Shown one piece after another: positions 12,416-25,725 of a DNA stretch of 64,000 nucleotides. A model generated the notes under the pieces. It was given only the letters and a program-made list of their open reading frames with translations. It ran no database searches and was not told the origin of the DNA. Every line of letters begins with the position of its first letter. The first letter of the stretch is position 1. The stretch is taken from assembly GCA_964016885.1 (NCBI GenBank), contig OZ024746.1:15686001-15750000 (forward strand). The letters run 5' to 3'. This DNA is from Eledone cirrhosa (taxonomy: Eukaryota). The position numbers and the translations under genes are program-made.

Positions 12416-13013
12416 CTCTCAGGTCTCAAATAATAGGCGGGGGATTGGAATAAGCGAGGAGGGGGTTGGAAATCGGTAATTTTTTTAGGTTGTCTTCGTT
12501 AGTTTAAAAAAAACGGAAATAGTCGTTTAGTTTACATATTGAGATCCCAACCTAACCTATTTATTTTATAACATATAGCATTTCTAATAATTGCTTCTAC
12601 TTTTGGCACAAGGCCAGCAATTATCTCAGTGTATTACTGGTATTTTATTTTATCGACCCCGTAAGGATGAAAGCAATCTCAGTGTATTACTGGTATTTTA
12701 TTTTATCGACCCCGTAAGGATGAAAGCAAAGTTAACCTCGGCGGGATTTGAACTCAGACCATAAAGGGCCGTAACTCTTTGCTTGCAAAGCATGGCGCCC
12801 GACCCTCTACCGATAGTTTTTTGTCATGTATGATGTTTTTTAATTTCTAAAGAAAATTAATTGTCGCAGGAATACCACCACTTAAAATAAAATTTCGCCT
12901 GAGATAGTTTAGCAAAATTTAATAAGGATGGGGGTGGAATAAGAGCGCGGGGTTTGGAAAAAATCAGAAAAATTAATAATTGAGGGTGGGGCTGATCATT
13001 CGAGGCTTGAGAG
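12416..13013. mobile_element. MITE (Tc1/mariner or pogo type) with TA TSD
   Basis: TA|CTCTCAGGTCTCAAATAAT ... ATCATTCGAGGCTTGAGAG|TA imperfect TIRs. Interrupts an ~80-bp tandem repeat. Confidence 0.7.
12588..12814 (-). mobile_element. SINE nested in the MITE, with an internal ~53-bp duplication
   Basis: Reverse complement of the 8562 SINE; the core segment is repeated twice. Confidence 0.85.
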
Positions 13014-13478
13014 TACAGCATGGAAGAGTAATTTTAGTCACAGTTGTACATGTCTGGCAAGTGACTTGATCTGAGACTGGTGTGTGTTAAAACTAAAACA
13101 ACTACCATGTGGACGAGTAATTTTATCCAGGGTCAGTGACTAGGTCCTTTCTGAAAGAAAGCAGCTGTGTTCAAACCTGGAGAGAGATGGACTCTACCAG
13201 GTTTAAAATATCCAAGATAAGTTGCATGTCATGTTGTCGCGCTCACGGACTCCATCAGGAGTTACAGCTTCATACTCGTATACTGACTAAGCCACATTTT
13301 AACACCAAGAAATAAACGATGAATGTAATGTACAGATTTTTTGTGAGTTTTTAAATAGCTAAAACGACTCTTCCATGACACCTAGCACAAGATATCTAAA
13401 GCTGGTTTGTTAATTTAAATGTTTATAGGTTTACTAGTAGACAGATTGTTGTGAAATTTGCGGTGTTAGGGTAAAACG

Positions 13479-13670
13479 TAATTGTTTCTACTTTTGGCAC
13501 AAGGCCAGCAATTACCCAGTGCATTACTGGTACTTTATTTTATCGACCCAGTAAGGATGAAATGCTAAGTTAACCTCGGCGGGATTTGAACTCAGAATGG
13601 CAAAGGCCGTACCTCTATGCGTCAAAAGCATGGCGTCCGACCCTCTATCGATACTGCCAATCCACTGCCC
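13479..13670 (-). mobile_element. Full-length SINE with TSD
   Basis: Reverse complement of the 8562 SINE. TTAGGGTAAA at 13466 and 13671. Confidence 0.85.
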
Positions 13671-14121
13671 TTAGGGTAAATATAATGCTCTTTTGTTATT
13701 TTCATGTATTGTTAATACGGTTTCATGCGATACAGGATGTTAAGAGTTAATACAGTTGATGTCAATTTTGAACTTTTAGTAGGTGATCGTCATCATCATC
13801 GTTTTTATGCCCGGTTTTCCATGCTTGCATGGGTTGGACAAGTCGTTTTCAGCACAGCATCTTTCCACTCGTCGCGTTCTTTTTTAGTGATACATATATA
13901 TACAAAGTGAATTCCAGACAGAAGTTTTGAGACTTTTTTTTAGAAGAGGTAGAGAGGTAGTTATAACTGTCCTAGGTTATTGTAATTTTAGTGTAACATT
14001 ACTATACATCTAATAAATTGACCTGCCAATTTTTGTTATTTCAGACTATAGGAGACAACTGTAACATCAATTTGAACACACCTTACTAAACACTGTTTGT
14101 CACAGTTGACTAGTTTACAGA

Positions 14122-14390
14122 ATGCAATGGGGACGTGAAGACAGTTTGGAAGCTCGCTATGCAATAAAGTGTTGTGTTAAACTGGGCAAAAATGCTACAA
14201 AAACTTATGAGATGCTCCAGACAGTTTATGGATTAACTTGTATGAACCGAGCACGGTAGAGAGGAGGTGAGAGACAATGAGAAGCGTGGGAGGGAGAGGG
14301 ACTTTAGAACATCAACGCTGTTTGAGAAAATTCCCAATTTTTGGGATGAAGACTGTTGTATGTCTTTAAAGACAATAAGCAGATGTTGAC
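14122..14390 (+). pseudogene. Mariner transposase N-terminal remnant
   Basis: Translates to EARYAIKCCVKLGKNATKTYEMLQTVYG and later GREEVRDNEKRGR, like the mariner HTH and ..DDERSGRP motifs. Confidence 0.75.
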
Positions 14391-14951
14391 TGTATATATA
14401 GACCCATTGTGTAGATGTTGGATAGATAGACAGAATATGTTGATGAGAAAAATATACAGTAATTAAATAATTGAGTGGATACATAGTTGCTTAGACAGTT
14501 CAATATAGTTTATTGCTATTTATAGGGTACAGAACCTCGGTCAGGACTAAACTTGTCGTCTATCTAGTTTGCATAACAATGCAGGCGATAGAAATGTGAA
14601 TTAATTAATTGGGCATCACATAAGTACATATATATATGCATATAGACATGTATATCTGTACATATATACATGTGTATAAACAAAGACAAATGCATACACC
14701 CGCATTACATACACATAATTACCTAACTTTGAACGTAAACAAATCCACACCAGACCAATGTTATTCACAAACTGAATCAAAGACAATGCCTAAACCCATA
14801 CTCAACACCACCTATCAGACGCATGACACGATGATGGACATCATCAGGCTGCAGCCGTTGTATTATATGATTTTCTCAGCTATTTTCTATAATGATCGAC
14901 CGTTATTACTGTTATTTTCTGCGTTTAGAATTCTCCCGTTTCCAAATTTTC

Positions 14952-14984
<33 letters not shown>

Positions 14985-14994
14985 AGTATATATA

Positions 14995-15271
14995 CAGTTG
15001 TCCTCCGACATTCGCGGGGTTAAGTTCCTAGAGCCCCCGCGAATATTGGACGTGATCTATAACGTCAACATATAACGTAAAATATAATTTAAAAAAGAGG
15101 GAGCGTCTTATCAGAGGTCCAATAGGCCGTCAAATGCGGTATATTGCCAGAAAAAAAATTCATTAAAAAGATCGCGGAAGATATTTACGATCCCGCGAAT
15201 ATACAGTGGTTTCCACGAACAATTATTAGTTAGGTTCTAAGAAAAATTTCGCGAATGCCGGGCGTACACTA
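14995..15271. mobile_element. pogo/Tigger-like MITE
   Basis: TA|CAGTTGTCCTCCGACATTCGCG ... CGCGAATGCCGGGCGTACACTA|TA imperfect TIRs. Confidence 0.55.
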
Positions 15272-15293
15272 TATATATACATATATATATATA

Positions 15294-15486
15294 TAGGAGA
15301 AAGTGTTTAACACCGAAGGCAGAGCTCAAGCCGTTTCGACGGCTATTTCTGGAGTCCAGAAATAGCCGTCGAAACGGCTTGAGCTCTGCCGTCGGGGTTA
15401 AACACTTTCTCCTATTACCCACTTTACTACCCTAAGTATTGAGTACTCTGGTGCGTTATGGTCCACCTGGTTCCTTACCACACTAC

Positions 15487-15490
<4 letters not shown>
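15294..15490. mobile_element. Fold-back PLE-tail element, family A, copy 2 (diverged subfamily)
   Basis: Palindrome centred near 15353; CCAGAAATAGCCGTC GAAA CGGC..GCCG TC GGGG. Confidence 0.75.
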
Positions 15491-15573
<83 letters not shown>

Positions 15574-15601
15574 GTTTTCATCAGATAAAACAGTTCTCCT
15601 G

Positions 15602-15668
15602 TTTTATCTGATGAAAACACAAATATTATTGCATGATGATGTTTGTTTTTGAAATGCGCATAATAAAA
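15602..15668 (+). ncRNA. Type I hammerhead ribozyme, family B
   Basis: TTTTAT CTGATGA [AAACACAAATATT..GATGTTTGTTTTT] GAAA TGCGCA TA ATAAAA. Palindromic stem III (ATGCGCAT). Preceded by a short inverted copy at 15569-15593. Confidence 0.8.
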
Positions 15669-15802
15669 TATATGGAACTCCTTTAACCATCTTTTGATCT
15701 TATATTATGCATACTCCAGTCCCACAAACTGTAGAGTGCTTCTTATCCGATATCTGCATTGCTTTATTGTACTACAATAAAACTCACCTCCTACATATAT
15801 AT

Positions 15803-15893
<91 letters not shown>

Positions 15894-15896
15894 GTT

Positions 15897-16385
15897 TCAC
15901 GCATCGTCTATTGAAAATCTATGTCTATGGGGCTTTGGAATCATCTTTTGCTTATGCAAGATTTTACTTTTAGAAAAAAGGATAGGGAACCATTTAATCT
16001 TCTTGGGGCGTGAAGGTTTTGTGTTGGGCGTGTAGAAAATGTTCTCTTTAAAGATGCTATCAGCTATGGCACTTATGCAATAAGTGGTCATGTTTTTTTC
16101 AATATCTCTTTAGGGGAGGATGGGCTGGATATTGACATGAATGTCTATGAAAATATTTCAGTTCTTCGTGAAAAGGATTGCATGTATTAGATTCTACATT
16201 TATTGTAATGTTTAAAGTGTCTACGATGGTTAGGTTGGTAACTACCATAATTTTCCACTACAAACATCAGAAGGAGAATGATGCTTTTTCTAAAGGTATC
16301 TAGTGCGTGGCGATCTTTATGGTGCGGTAAAGCTAAACCATCATCTCAGTATAAACCGATGTTAAAATGAAACCTGACAAAATAT
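15897..16385 (-). pseudogene. Highly decayed Penelope-like RT fragment
   Basis: Minus strand gives IGLY*DDGLAL near 16330-16360 (CGA>TGA from YRDDG), then AHPP and RPKKIKWF..FSK, colinear with the element at 1720. Confidence 0.7.
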
Positions 16386-16406
16386 CAGAACAATTAATAC
16401 AAATAG

Positions 16407-16446
<40 letters not shown>

Positions 16447-16668
16447 TAGTGTGTGTGTGGGAAGAACACACACTGATTAGGCAAATTACAGCAATGGTAT
16501 CGGGAAATTTTCTTAAGTTGCTCTCTGCATCCAAAACAAATAGCTAAGTGTAGGTTATTTCAGTCGAAGTGGTGAACCGAAAAAGATTCATAAATTAATT
16601 GGAAGGCAAGATAGGAAAGAACCGGAAAGTTCAGGGAGAAGGGAAGTGAGAATATGTATATATATATA

Positions 16669-16797
<129 letters not shown>

Positions 16798-17260
16798 ATG
16801 TATATATGGTTGTATAGAATATTTGACGAAGACACTCAGTGACAAACATGACGCTAACTGTCTACCATTGTCTTCCAAGATAGATGGATGCCATTGCTAT
16901 ATGCCAAGAGTTATGTATTAATGTCACACCACCCCCTTCAATACCTACCCCACCCGCATCACCCATGTCCTCCTCCTCACACACACACATACACACATAC
17001 GCACATACACACATACACACACTACTCACATACACACACATACGCGTCTTATCGGCGTTGTTGTTCAGTTTTCTCTCCCCCCTCTCTCTCTCACACACGC
17101 ACCCATCGCCCCTCCCCCACCCACCCCCTCCCCCTCGACCCCCCTTGCCCTACCCTCACTCCCTGTCCATGTTTTGTGTCTTATATAGATAGTATTTCCA
17201 TTGTTTATCACGAACATCTATCTTTACGCTACTACTGTTCCAAACGTTCAAACAAACAAA

Positions 17261-17592
17261 ACCACCACCACCACCACCACCACCATCAATACTGTTACCA
17301 CCATTACCATAACCACTGTCACCACCCCTACTACTACTACTACCACCACCACCACCACCATCGCTACTGTCACCAACATCACCGCCACCATCGCCACTGT
17401 CACCACCACCACCACCAACACCATCACCACTGTCACCAACATCAACACTACCACTAACACCACCACCACAGTCACCACCACCAACTCCAACATCACTACC
17501 ATCACTACCACCACAGTCATCAACGCCACAACCACCACCACAGTCAACACCACCACCATCACCACTGTCAACACCACCACCACCACCACCAT
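17261..17592. repeat. (ACC)n-derived low-complexity repeat
   Basis: Directly visible. Confidence 0.9.
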
Positions 17593-17830
17593 TAGCCCCA
17601 AACCCAGTTCACAAACCCTTATATTGTCTAAGATGATATAGTAAGCCTGTTGTTACGTGACCATACTGACCTAAAGATGGCCGCTGTATTGAGAGATTTC
17701 CGGTCCTGGGAAAGCCACACTAATTTCACAAAGAAAGCCCTTATATTTCTGTCACGTGGCTTATATAAACACATTTCTTTTACTCTTGTCTTCTTTTCTT
17801 CCTTCAACACACCGCAATTGATTCACAATA

Positions 17831-17874
<44 letters not shown>

Positions 17875-17987
17875 GTCTGTGTATGTATGTATGTATGTAT
17901 GTATGTATGTATGTATGTATGTATGTATGTATGTATGTATGTATGTATGTATGTATGTATGTATGTATGTATATATATCAATCACTC

Positions 17988-18039
<52 letters not shown>

Positions 18040-18230
18040 CCTTTCCCTTTCACTAACAATATATATGTTTGTGTATGTTTATATATGTATGAGTATATAT
18101 ATATGAGTGTGTGTGTATAATGCTTTTTTTTTATAGGTGAAAAAACATATTATGTATGTATAGGGGTGTGCATGTGTATGATGTTGCATATGAATAAATT
18201 ATTGTCACAATCTCTATATGTATATATATA

Positions 18231-18398
18231 TAGGAACGAGTAGGACCCCAGCGGCTGAGCTCAAGCCGTTTCGACGTCGAAACGGCTTGAGCTCAGCCGT
18301 CGGGGTCCTACTCGTTCCTATTACCCACTCTACTACCCTAAGTATTGAGTACTTTGGTGCGTTATAGTCCACCTGGTTCCTTACCACATTTCCTCCGT

Positions 18399-18400
<2 letters not shown>
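18231..18400. mobile_element. Fold-back PLE-tail element, family A, copy 3
   Basis: Loopless palindrome ...CCGTTTCGAC|GTCGAAACGG... plus a one-sided tail. Flanked by (TA)n. Confidence 0.75.
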
Positions 18401-18445
<45 letters not shown>

Positions 18446-18509
18446 AACAGTAACCAAATAAGAAACCAAATAAGAATAATAATATAGAAACCAAATAAGA
18501 ATAATAAAT

Positions 18510-19340
18510 ACACCACTATATATCTCTACTATATATAGTTAGTATAGTAACTACACTACTTTGTATCTCTACGATATATAGTATCTACATTACTATATAT
18601 CTCTACGATATATAGTAACTACATTACTATACATCTCTACAATATGCAGTTAGTATAGTAACTGCACGACTATATATTTTTACTATATATAGTAAGTACA
18701 TTACTATATATCTCTACTATATATAGTTAGTATAGTAACTACACTACTTTGTATCTCTACGATATATAGTAACTACATTACTATATATCTCTACGATATA
18801 TAGTAACTACATTACTATACATCTCTACAATATGCAGTTAGTATAGTAACTGCACGACTATATATTTCTACTATATATAGTAAGTACATTACTATATATC
18901 TCTACTATATACAGTTAGTATAGTAACTACACTACTATATATAGTTAGTATAGTAACTACACCACTTTGTATCTTTACTATATATAGTAACATCACCACT
19001 ACATATCTCTACTATATATAGTAACTACATTACTATACATCTCTACTATATACACTTAGTATAGTTACTACACCACTATATATTTCTACTATATATAGTT
19101 AGTATAGTAACTACACTACTATATATAGTTAGTATAGTAACTACACCACTTTGTATCTTTACTATATATAGTAACATCACCACTACATATCTCTACTATA
19201 TATAGTAACTACATTACTATACATCTCTATTATATACACTTAGTATAGTAACTAAACCACTATATATTTCTACTATATACAGTTAGTATAGTAACTACAC
19301 TACTATATATCTCTACTGTTGTATACACAGTTAGTATGGT
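18510..19340. repeat. AT-rich minisatellite (~31-40 bp units) with higher-order duplication
   Basis: TATATAGTAACTACATTACTATATATCTCTAC and variants; blocks of several units recur. Confidence 0.85.
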
Positions 19341-19453
19341 AAATACACCCCTATATCAGGTGAAACTGGGGGGAGGGGTCACCCCCCCCCCCCCGATAAT
19401 TATATTTTCCCCCAAACTACCAAAACACACATCTATTTGTACATACGCTTCAA

Positions 19454-19537
19454 TCTAAACTATAATAAAGGAAGGTCTGCGGGACTGCGTACGGTTTTTT
19501 TTTTTATCCCGTTTGTAAAATAAGTTGGATTACTTAA
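19454..19537 (+). mobile_element. Helitron 5' fragment
   Basis: Near-identical to the first ~85 bp of 23405-23927. Confidence 0.7.
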
Positions 19538-19593
19538 AGAATGCATTCTTTAAGGGTATGTCAATATTTATTTATAAAACTGCTCTATATTAT

Positions 19594-19656
19594 ATTTTAC
19601 CTGATGAAAGCACACCATAATTTAACTTGGTGTCCTTGAAATATGTATAATGAAAT
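19594..19656 (+). ncRNA. Type I hammerhead ribozyme, family B, slightly decayed
   Basis: ATTTTAC CTGATGA AAGCACACCA..TGGTGTCCTT GAAA TATGTA TA ATGAAAT. Confidence 0.65.
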
Positions 19657-21345
19657 AAATATGGTTTTATAAATATAGTTTCCATTTGTTAATATCGTAT
19701 TTTTACTCCAATTATTTGTTGAGTGCTTTATATCAGTTATAAAAATATTTGCTTGTTGTATCCCAACAATTTAAATAGAACTTTTATATATATATATGCC
19801 CCCCCCCCCTAATTTTTCTCCCAAAACTACCAAAATTTACATCTATTTGGATATGCGCTACAATTTATGTACATAACATGTACATAAATGTTTATCTCAT
19901 CGAAGTTTTCTGACTATTTTAGAGTACAAATTGACCAAATTTTCCCCCACTCCAATTCAGAAGTGCTTCCACCGCCCCTGATATACAGTTAGTATTGTCA
20001 CCAGTGTTTTACTGACCACATTATATCTCCTGTCCTATAGTGTTGTTATAAGTACAGCATTAGATACTTCTACTGCTTTATATATTAATATATTGAAATA
20101 TATATTTGGCTCGTCTGTATAGAGGGGATACAACACTTCGGTTTCGATTCCAACTGGAAATAGTTTTTATTTCATTTACGTTACTATAAATATATGAATA
20201 AATAGTAGCCACTATTTATTTATTTAATCAATTTAAACGTTCGTATAGAGCTAGTAAGATATAACAGACTAGGAGTATTTAGTACTTCTTACAGTTGAGG
20301 AACAAAAAAAACAGATATAGAGAGATAAGTGAATATAGAAATAAAAATAAAATAAAATTAAATAGGGAAGGCCAACGGGAGGCAAAATAAGCATAAAAAA
20401 AAAGATATAGAAAAAATTAACTAGGAGTTTCTGTTGAATCTTTTTTGTAGCTTCTATGTACTCAAAGATCTTGTTTAGAGTTGGTAGATCTTATGCAATA
20501 TATTGTGTCTCCAATCTTGATAGTTTTTTAATGATCCGCTTTAAGATGTCTTTTCGCTCAGACTGATAGTTTTCCTACATTAGAACAAATAGTGCCAAGA
20601 ACATCATAAAACATTCTGTAGACACAGTAATGGTATGTAACTGGCCATATAGTAAAGAAGTTTGCTATACAGTCTTATGGTCCTTAGTTCAATTTCACTG
20701 TCTGGTATCTTGGGCAAAGTTTATTTATACATATATTTTTTGTCTTTTGCCATAAGCTCGGGTTCGTTTGAGCTTTGTGATAAAGTAAATAAAACAAAAT
20801 TAAAACGAAGTGGAGATACAGGGGGACAAGTATAGTCATTGAGAAGTTCTCAGAATGTGTGACGAAAGAGTTTTGGCAGTTAAATAACTATTTTCTTATT
20901 AAACTAACCAAGAGATAGATTAGTTTCTTAACTAATTGTAAAACTGAAGTGACACCCAACTGGTGCGCGTATTTTTCTTGACAACATGACCCTCCCAAAG
21001 TATAACAATGTGTCTCAACACACGATTGTACATCAAGAATCTTGCAACTCGAAAATGACGTGTGTGTGCATGTGTATCTATGTTTGTGCGTGTGTGTCTG
21101 TGTATGTGTGCGTGTGTATCTGTTTGTGCGTGTGTGTGTGTGTAGTGAGGGAGACAGAGAGAGAGAGAGAGAAAGTGATGGCAGTGAATTGGGAGCGTCA
21201 TAAGAATGTTAAATAGAATGTTTTGCAATATCCGATCCAGTCCTCCGCCCACCGTGTTCGAACCCCTCCAAGATCAACTTTGCTTTCATCTTTTCGAGAG
21301 CACGATAAAGAAATCAGATCTGGCGGTGATGAGCTGGGTTCCACC

Positions 21346-22285
21346 CAGTGGCGTAACTAGCTTTTAAAGCGGGGTTGGGGGGCAAATTCGATCTAAAGGG
21401 GGCCCACCAATTCCATACGCTCATTTCCATCGGCTGCAAGGAAATATGTTCAAACACGCATATAGAATAGATAATAATTTATAATAGAGTAGACAGCATC
21501 ATAGATTACAGAGTTAGCATGTTACGTGAAAACTTTATTAACTGCGAAGACGGTGGTCTATCTTCAGAAAAAAAACAACATCCAATAAAACTAGCTTTGC
21601 AATCGATTATTCACCAACAAAAAATCGTATGTACAACAAATTGAAGTTTGCCATCCCACATTCTGGATTACCCCATGTCTTCGAGTAAGATTCGGCATTT
21701 TTATCAGCAAACAGCCAACAACAAAAGCAATATAGTCTGTTGGATTCAGGAGAGTATACTAACCAATGTCGGTCAACTTTATGGATTCCAGCACACTTTC
21801 TCTTGTACCAACTGATGTTGAATTTTCTGTGGTTCGAATCGAGAGGGAAATCAGCAAAATTATCTTTCAATCCTGGCTGACAAGGACCAACGGCCATGAG
21901 GGCGCGAATTAGAGGTGTCGTCAATGGTCTGTCCTCGAAATGTTTCGGGTCGCTTGGATACTTCTGTTGTAAATTCAACATGCATTCTACTGGCTCATAC
22001 TCTGGGATTTGTTTTGCCAATGTAGTTTCCTCTGAATCATTTTCATTTTCAGATTCCGATACAGCCATTTTCCCCTCTATTCAGTTCGGATTCCCAGTTG
22101 GAACTACATCTTCAGTGACTACGACGGTTGTTGAGATAGTCGATGGATAGCGTTTTCTTTACGTTGTTGTAGTTAAGGATTCGTAATTACATGTGTAATA
22201 AGTTAAGTGTTTAGAATTATAGCCTAGGGGGCCCACCTAGACCGACAGGAAACCAGGGGGGAGGGGGGCGTTAGTTACGCCACTG
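21346..22285 (-). mobile_element. Internally deleted hAT (Tip100/ZMYM1-like) transposon
   Basis: 14-bp TIRs CAGTGGCGTAACTA / TAGTTACGCCACTG; perfect 8-bp TSD GTTCCACC at 21338 and 22286. Confidence 0.9.
21607..22068 (-). pseudogene. hAT transposase N-terminal fragment with TTF-type zinc finger
   Basis: GPCQP...RKFNISWY...RHWLVYSPESNRLYCFCCWLF; truncated before the catalytic core. Confidence 0.8.
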
Positions 22286-22744
22286 GTTCCACCATGTTTA
22301 AATACCGTATCTCACAGTGTGAACGCATAACTCCATCACGGACCATATGTGTGTGTGACGTCAGTTATATCGAATCTGCTTTTTATCTATCGATCTTTAT
22401 TTATTTAGCCTATTTAGTGCACTTTCAAGAGTTATCCCCCAGTAGGGTAGTAAATACCACAAGGAATTTACACAAAAATACACTAATGTCCATACAGGTA
22501 TATATGCATCTCTCTCTCTATCATTTATTTTGTTTTGACCTGTTTAACTTGATTTGGTTTTTGGCTTGGGTGGTTAATGCCTTCTTGACAACCTTTTCAG
22601 TTTTGTATGGCTTCTTAACACATTGTTTAGCTCTGGTTTTTAACTATTGAGCACTTTGCCAGTATCATTTCTGATTTTTGCGTTTCGCTTCGCTTTTCCT
22701 GCCCGCCGAAAATGCGATTCTCGATGAATCTTTATTTGTATATA

Positions 22745-23061
22745 TATATTATAACTGAATATAAAAGAAAAACGAACACAGACATATACATATATGTGTT
22801 CAAATCGTAAGGGAACTGATTCGCTAAGGTAAAAAGAATACTAACTATAGATAAATATAGTTATATAGTTAATATTGTCTATAGTTAGTATTCTTTTCAT
22901 CTTAGCGAATCAGGTCCCTTACGATTTTAACACATATATGTATATGTCTGTGTTCGTTTTTCTTTTATATTCAGTTATAATATACGGCTCGGAAAAATCT
23001 CTTTCCTAGAGCTATTTTATTGTAAGAGACTATTTTGAGTTTCTAACTCAATATATACCTT

Positions 23062-23063
<2 letters not shown>
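22745..23063. mobile_element. Fold-back element (~110-bp arms plus a one-sided tail); probable PLE terminus
   Basis: 22745-22857 is mirrored by ~22870-22984. Inserted in (TA)n. Confidence 0.65.
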
Positions 23064-23105
<42 letters not shown>

Positions 23106-23145
23106 CAAAATATTAATAAATGAAAAATATTCTCATAACCAAAAC

Positions 23146-23210
23146 ATATTTTATTATACATATTTCATAGGTACAATGGTGTTTCAGTACGTTTTCATCA
23201 GATAAAATAT
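23146..23210 (-). ncRNA. Type I hammerhead ribozyme, family B
   Basis: Reverse complement reads ATATTTTAT CTGATGA ..GTAC..GTAC.. GAAA TATGTA TA ATAAAATAT. 9-bp stem I; weak stem II. Confidence 0.65.
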
Positions 23211-23302
23211 ATGAGAGATTGGCTATGTGACATACCGTTAAAGTTTTGATTATTCAATTCCTGTAGTGGTAGTATATATTATTATTCAATTTCTGTAGTT
23301 GG

Positions 23303-23342
<40 letters not shown>

Positions 23343-23404
23343 AGCACAGATTAAAAGTTTAGCAAACAATTTCTGTTTTCACCCTCAAGCGGGATCTTCT
23401 GAAA

Positions 23405-23927
23405 TCTAAACTATAATAAAGGAAGGTCTGCGGGACTGCGTACGGTTTATTTTTTTTTATCCCGTTAGTAAAATAAGTTGGATTACTTTGAATAAATAAT
23501 GAATGAATGATTACATAATTTATCTACTAAATTTCGTAAACAAAAATAATTTCGTAAAAATAAATAATTTAAAGTTGACTTCTTTTCAAAGTTGCACTTC
23601 CGGTTTATTGTTGCCACCACCACCACTTCAACTACCAAGAGTGTGATGTCAACACTTCCGGTGGCGATCACTTAAATAAACATACTAATTTTCTGTCATT
23701 AATTTTCTCCTAATGCAGTTTATATATAATATCGTCTTTTTTTAATGTATCATGGATTACGTTACTGATTACATAAGACAGTGTAATGATGTCTTCGTTC
23801 AATTTCTGTGTATATTGTCAATTACGATTTAATTTGATGTATCATATCTACATGTATATATACTTGCGTATAATACACACTACACATGCTAAAAGAAAAA
23901 CCACCCGATGGGTGGTTTTTCTGCTAG
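23405..23927 (+). mobile_element. Non-autonomous Helitron
   Basis: A|TCTAAACTATAATAAAG ... AAAAACCACC-CGATG-GGTGGTTTTT hairpin, CTGCTAG|T. A-T insertion site without TSD. Confidence 0.8.
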
Positions 23928-24704
23928 TTATATATAAATGTGTGTGTGTGTGTGTCGTTATCTGAGTATGAAATATAATTATGAAAGAATAAGACCTCGG
24001 TTGTATACATTGAGTTAATATATACATATAATACATGGCATCTAAGCATGTTTTCGTCGGTACTCAGAGTTTCATGATGGAGTCCGATATATCGTAGCAG
24101 ATTGCTGGTGCACGTCTGATGAGTTAGATACCAGCATGGAACTGAGAACTGACGAAAACCTATGCTTAATTGCAATATATTTTAAGTAATATATATATAT
24201 ATATACACACGCACACACATATATATATATATATAAACCACCCCCCACACACATACACAGACATATATTTATTTACGTGCATATGTATAAGTATATCTTA
24301 GTAAAACTCTGTTTATGTATGTGTATGTGTGGGGAGGGTATGTGTGTGTGTGAGGGGGTATGTGTGTGTGTGAGGGGGTATGTGTGTGTGTGTCGGAGCT
24401 ATATCCAGGCTATGATAGAAACAACATAACCTAGAGGTCGAACCTTAAAGGAGATCGAACTGGGAACTACGTGGTTACCTAGTGAACCACTTACCTTGTC
24501 ATGTCTGTGTCCACACACTCACACATATATATATACATATGTACAATATTTATATTATATATATATATATTTCTATATACTTGTGTGTGTGTATATATAT
24601 ACACATGAGAGAGAGAGAGAGAGATGCACATATACATGTTACTTTATGTCGGTCTATCTATCTATCTCATTCTTTCCTGCTTACTTTATAAGGTTGTAAA
24701 TTAC

Positions 24705-24742
24705 ATATATATTATAATATATATATATAATATTATAATATA

Positions 24743-24781
<39 letters not shown>

Positions 24782-24908
24782 ATATATATATTATAATATA
24801 TATATATATATATTATAATATATATATATATATATATTATAATATATATATATATATATTATAATATATATATATATATATTATAATATATATATATATT
24901 ATAATATA

Positions 24909-24947
<39 letters not shown>

Positions 24948-25217
24948 ATATATATATATATATATTATAATATATATATATATATTATAATATATATTTA
25001 TATATATATATATATATATAATATATATATATATATATTATAATGTATATATATATATTATAATATATATATATATATATATTATAATGTATATATATAT
25101 ATTATAATATATATTTATATATATATATATATATATAATATATATATATATATATTATAATGTATATATATATATTATAATATATATATATATATATATT
25201 ATAATGTATATATATAT

Positions 25218-25257
<40 letters not shown>

Positions 25258-25725
25258 GTATATATATATATTATAATGTATATATATATATTATAATATA
25301 TATATATATATATATATTATAATATGTATATATATATATTATAATATGTATATATATATATTATAATATGTATATATATATATTATAATATATATATATA
25401 TATATATATATTATAATATATATATATATATATTATAATATGTATATATATATATTATAATATATATATATATATATTATAATATGTATATATATATATT
25501 ATAATATATATATATATATTATAATATATATATATATATATTATAATATATATATATATTATAATATATATATATATATATTATAATATATATATATATT
25601 ATAATATATATATTATAATATATATATATATATATTATAATATATATATATATATATATTATAATATATATATATATATAATTATATTATAATATATATA
25701 TATATTATAATATATATATATATAT
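24705..25725. repeat. (TA)n tract punctuated by TTATAA
   Basis: Directly visible. Confidence 0.95.

Larger units (their letters stand above)
19355..19981. mobile_element. Probable DNA-transposon MITE, interrupted by Helitron and PLE fragments
   Basis: Begins CAGG and ends CCACCGCCCCTG. Internal CCCAAACTACCAAAA motif also occurs at ~8010. Confidence 0.4.

Noticed and set aside
13466-13680. TTAGGG telomeric motif
   Set aside because: Single hexamers within a SINE TSD, not an array.
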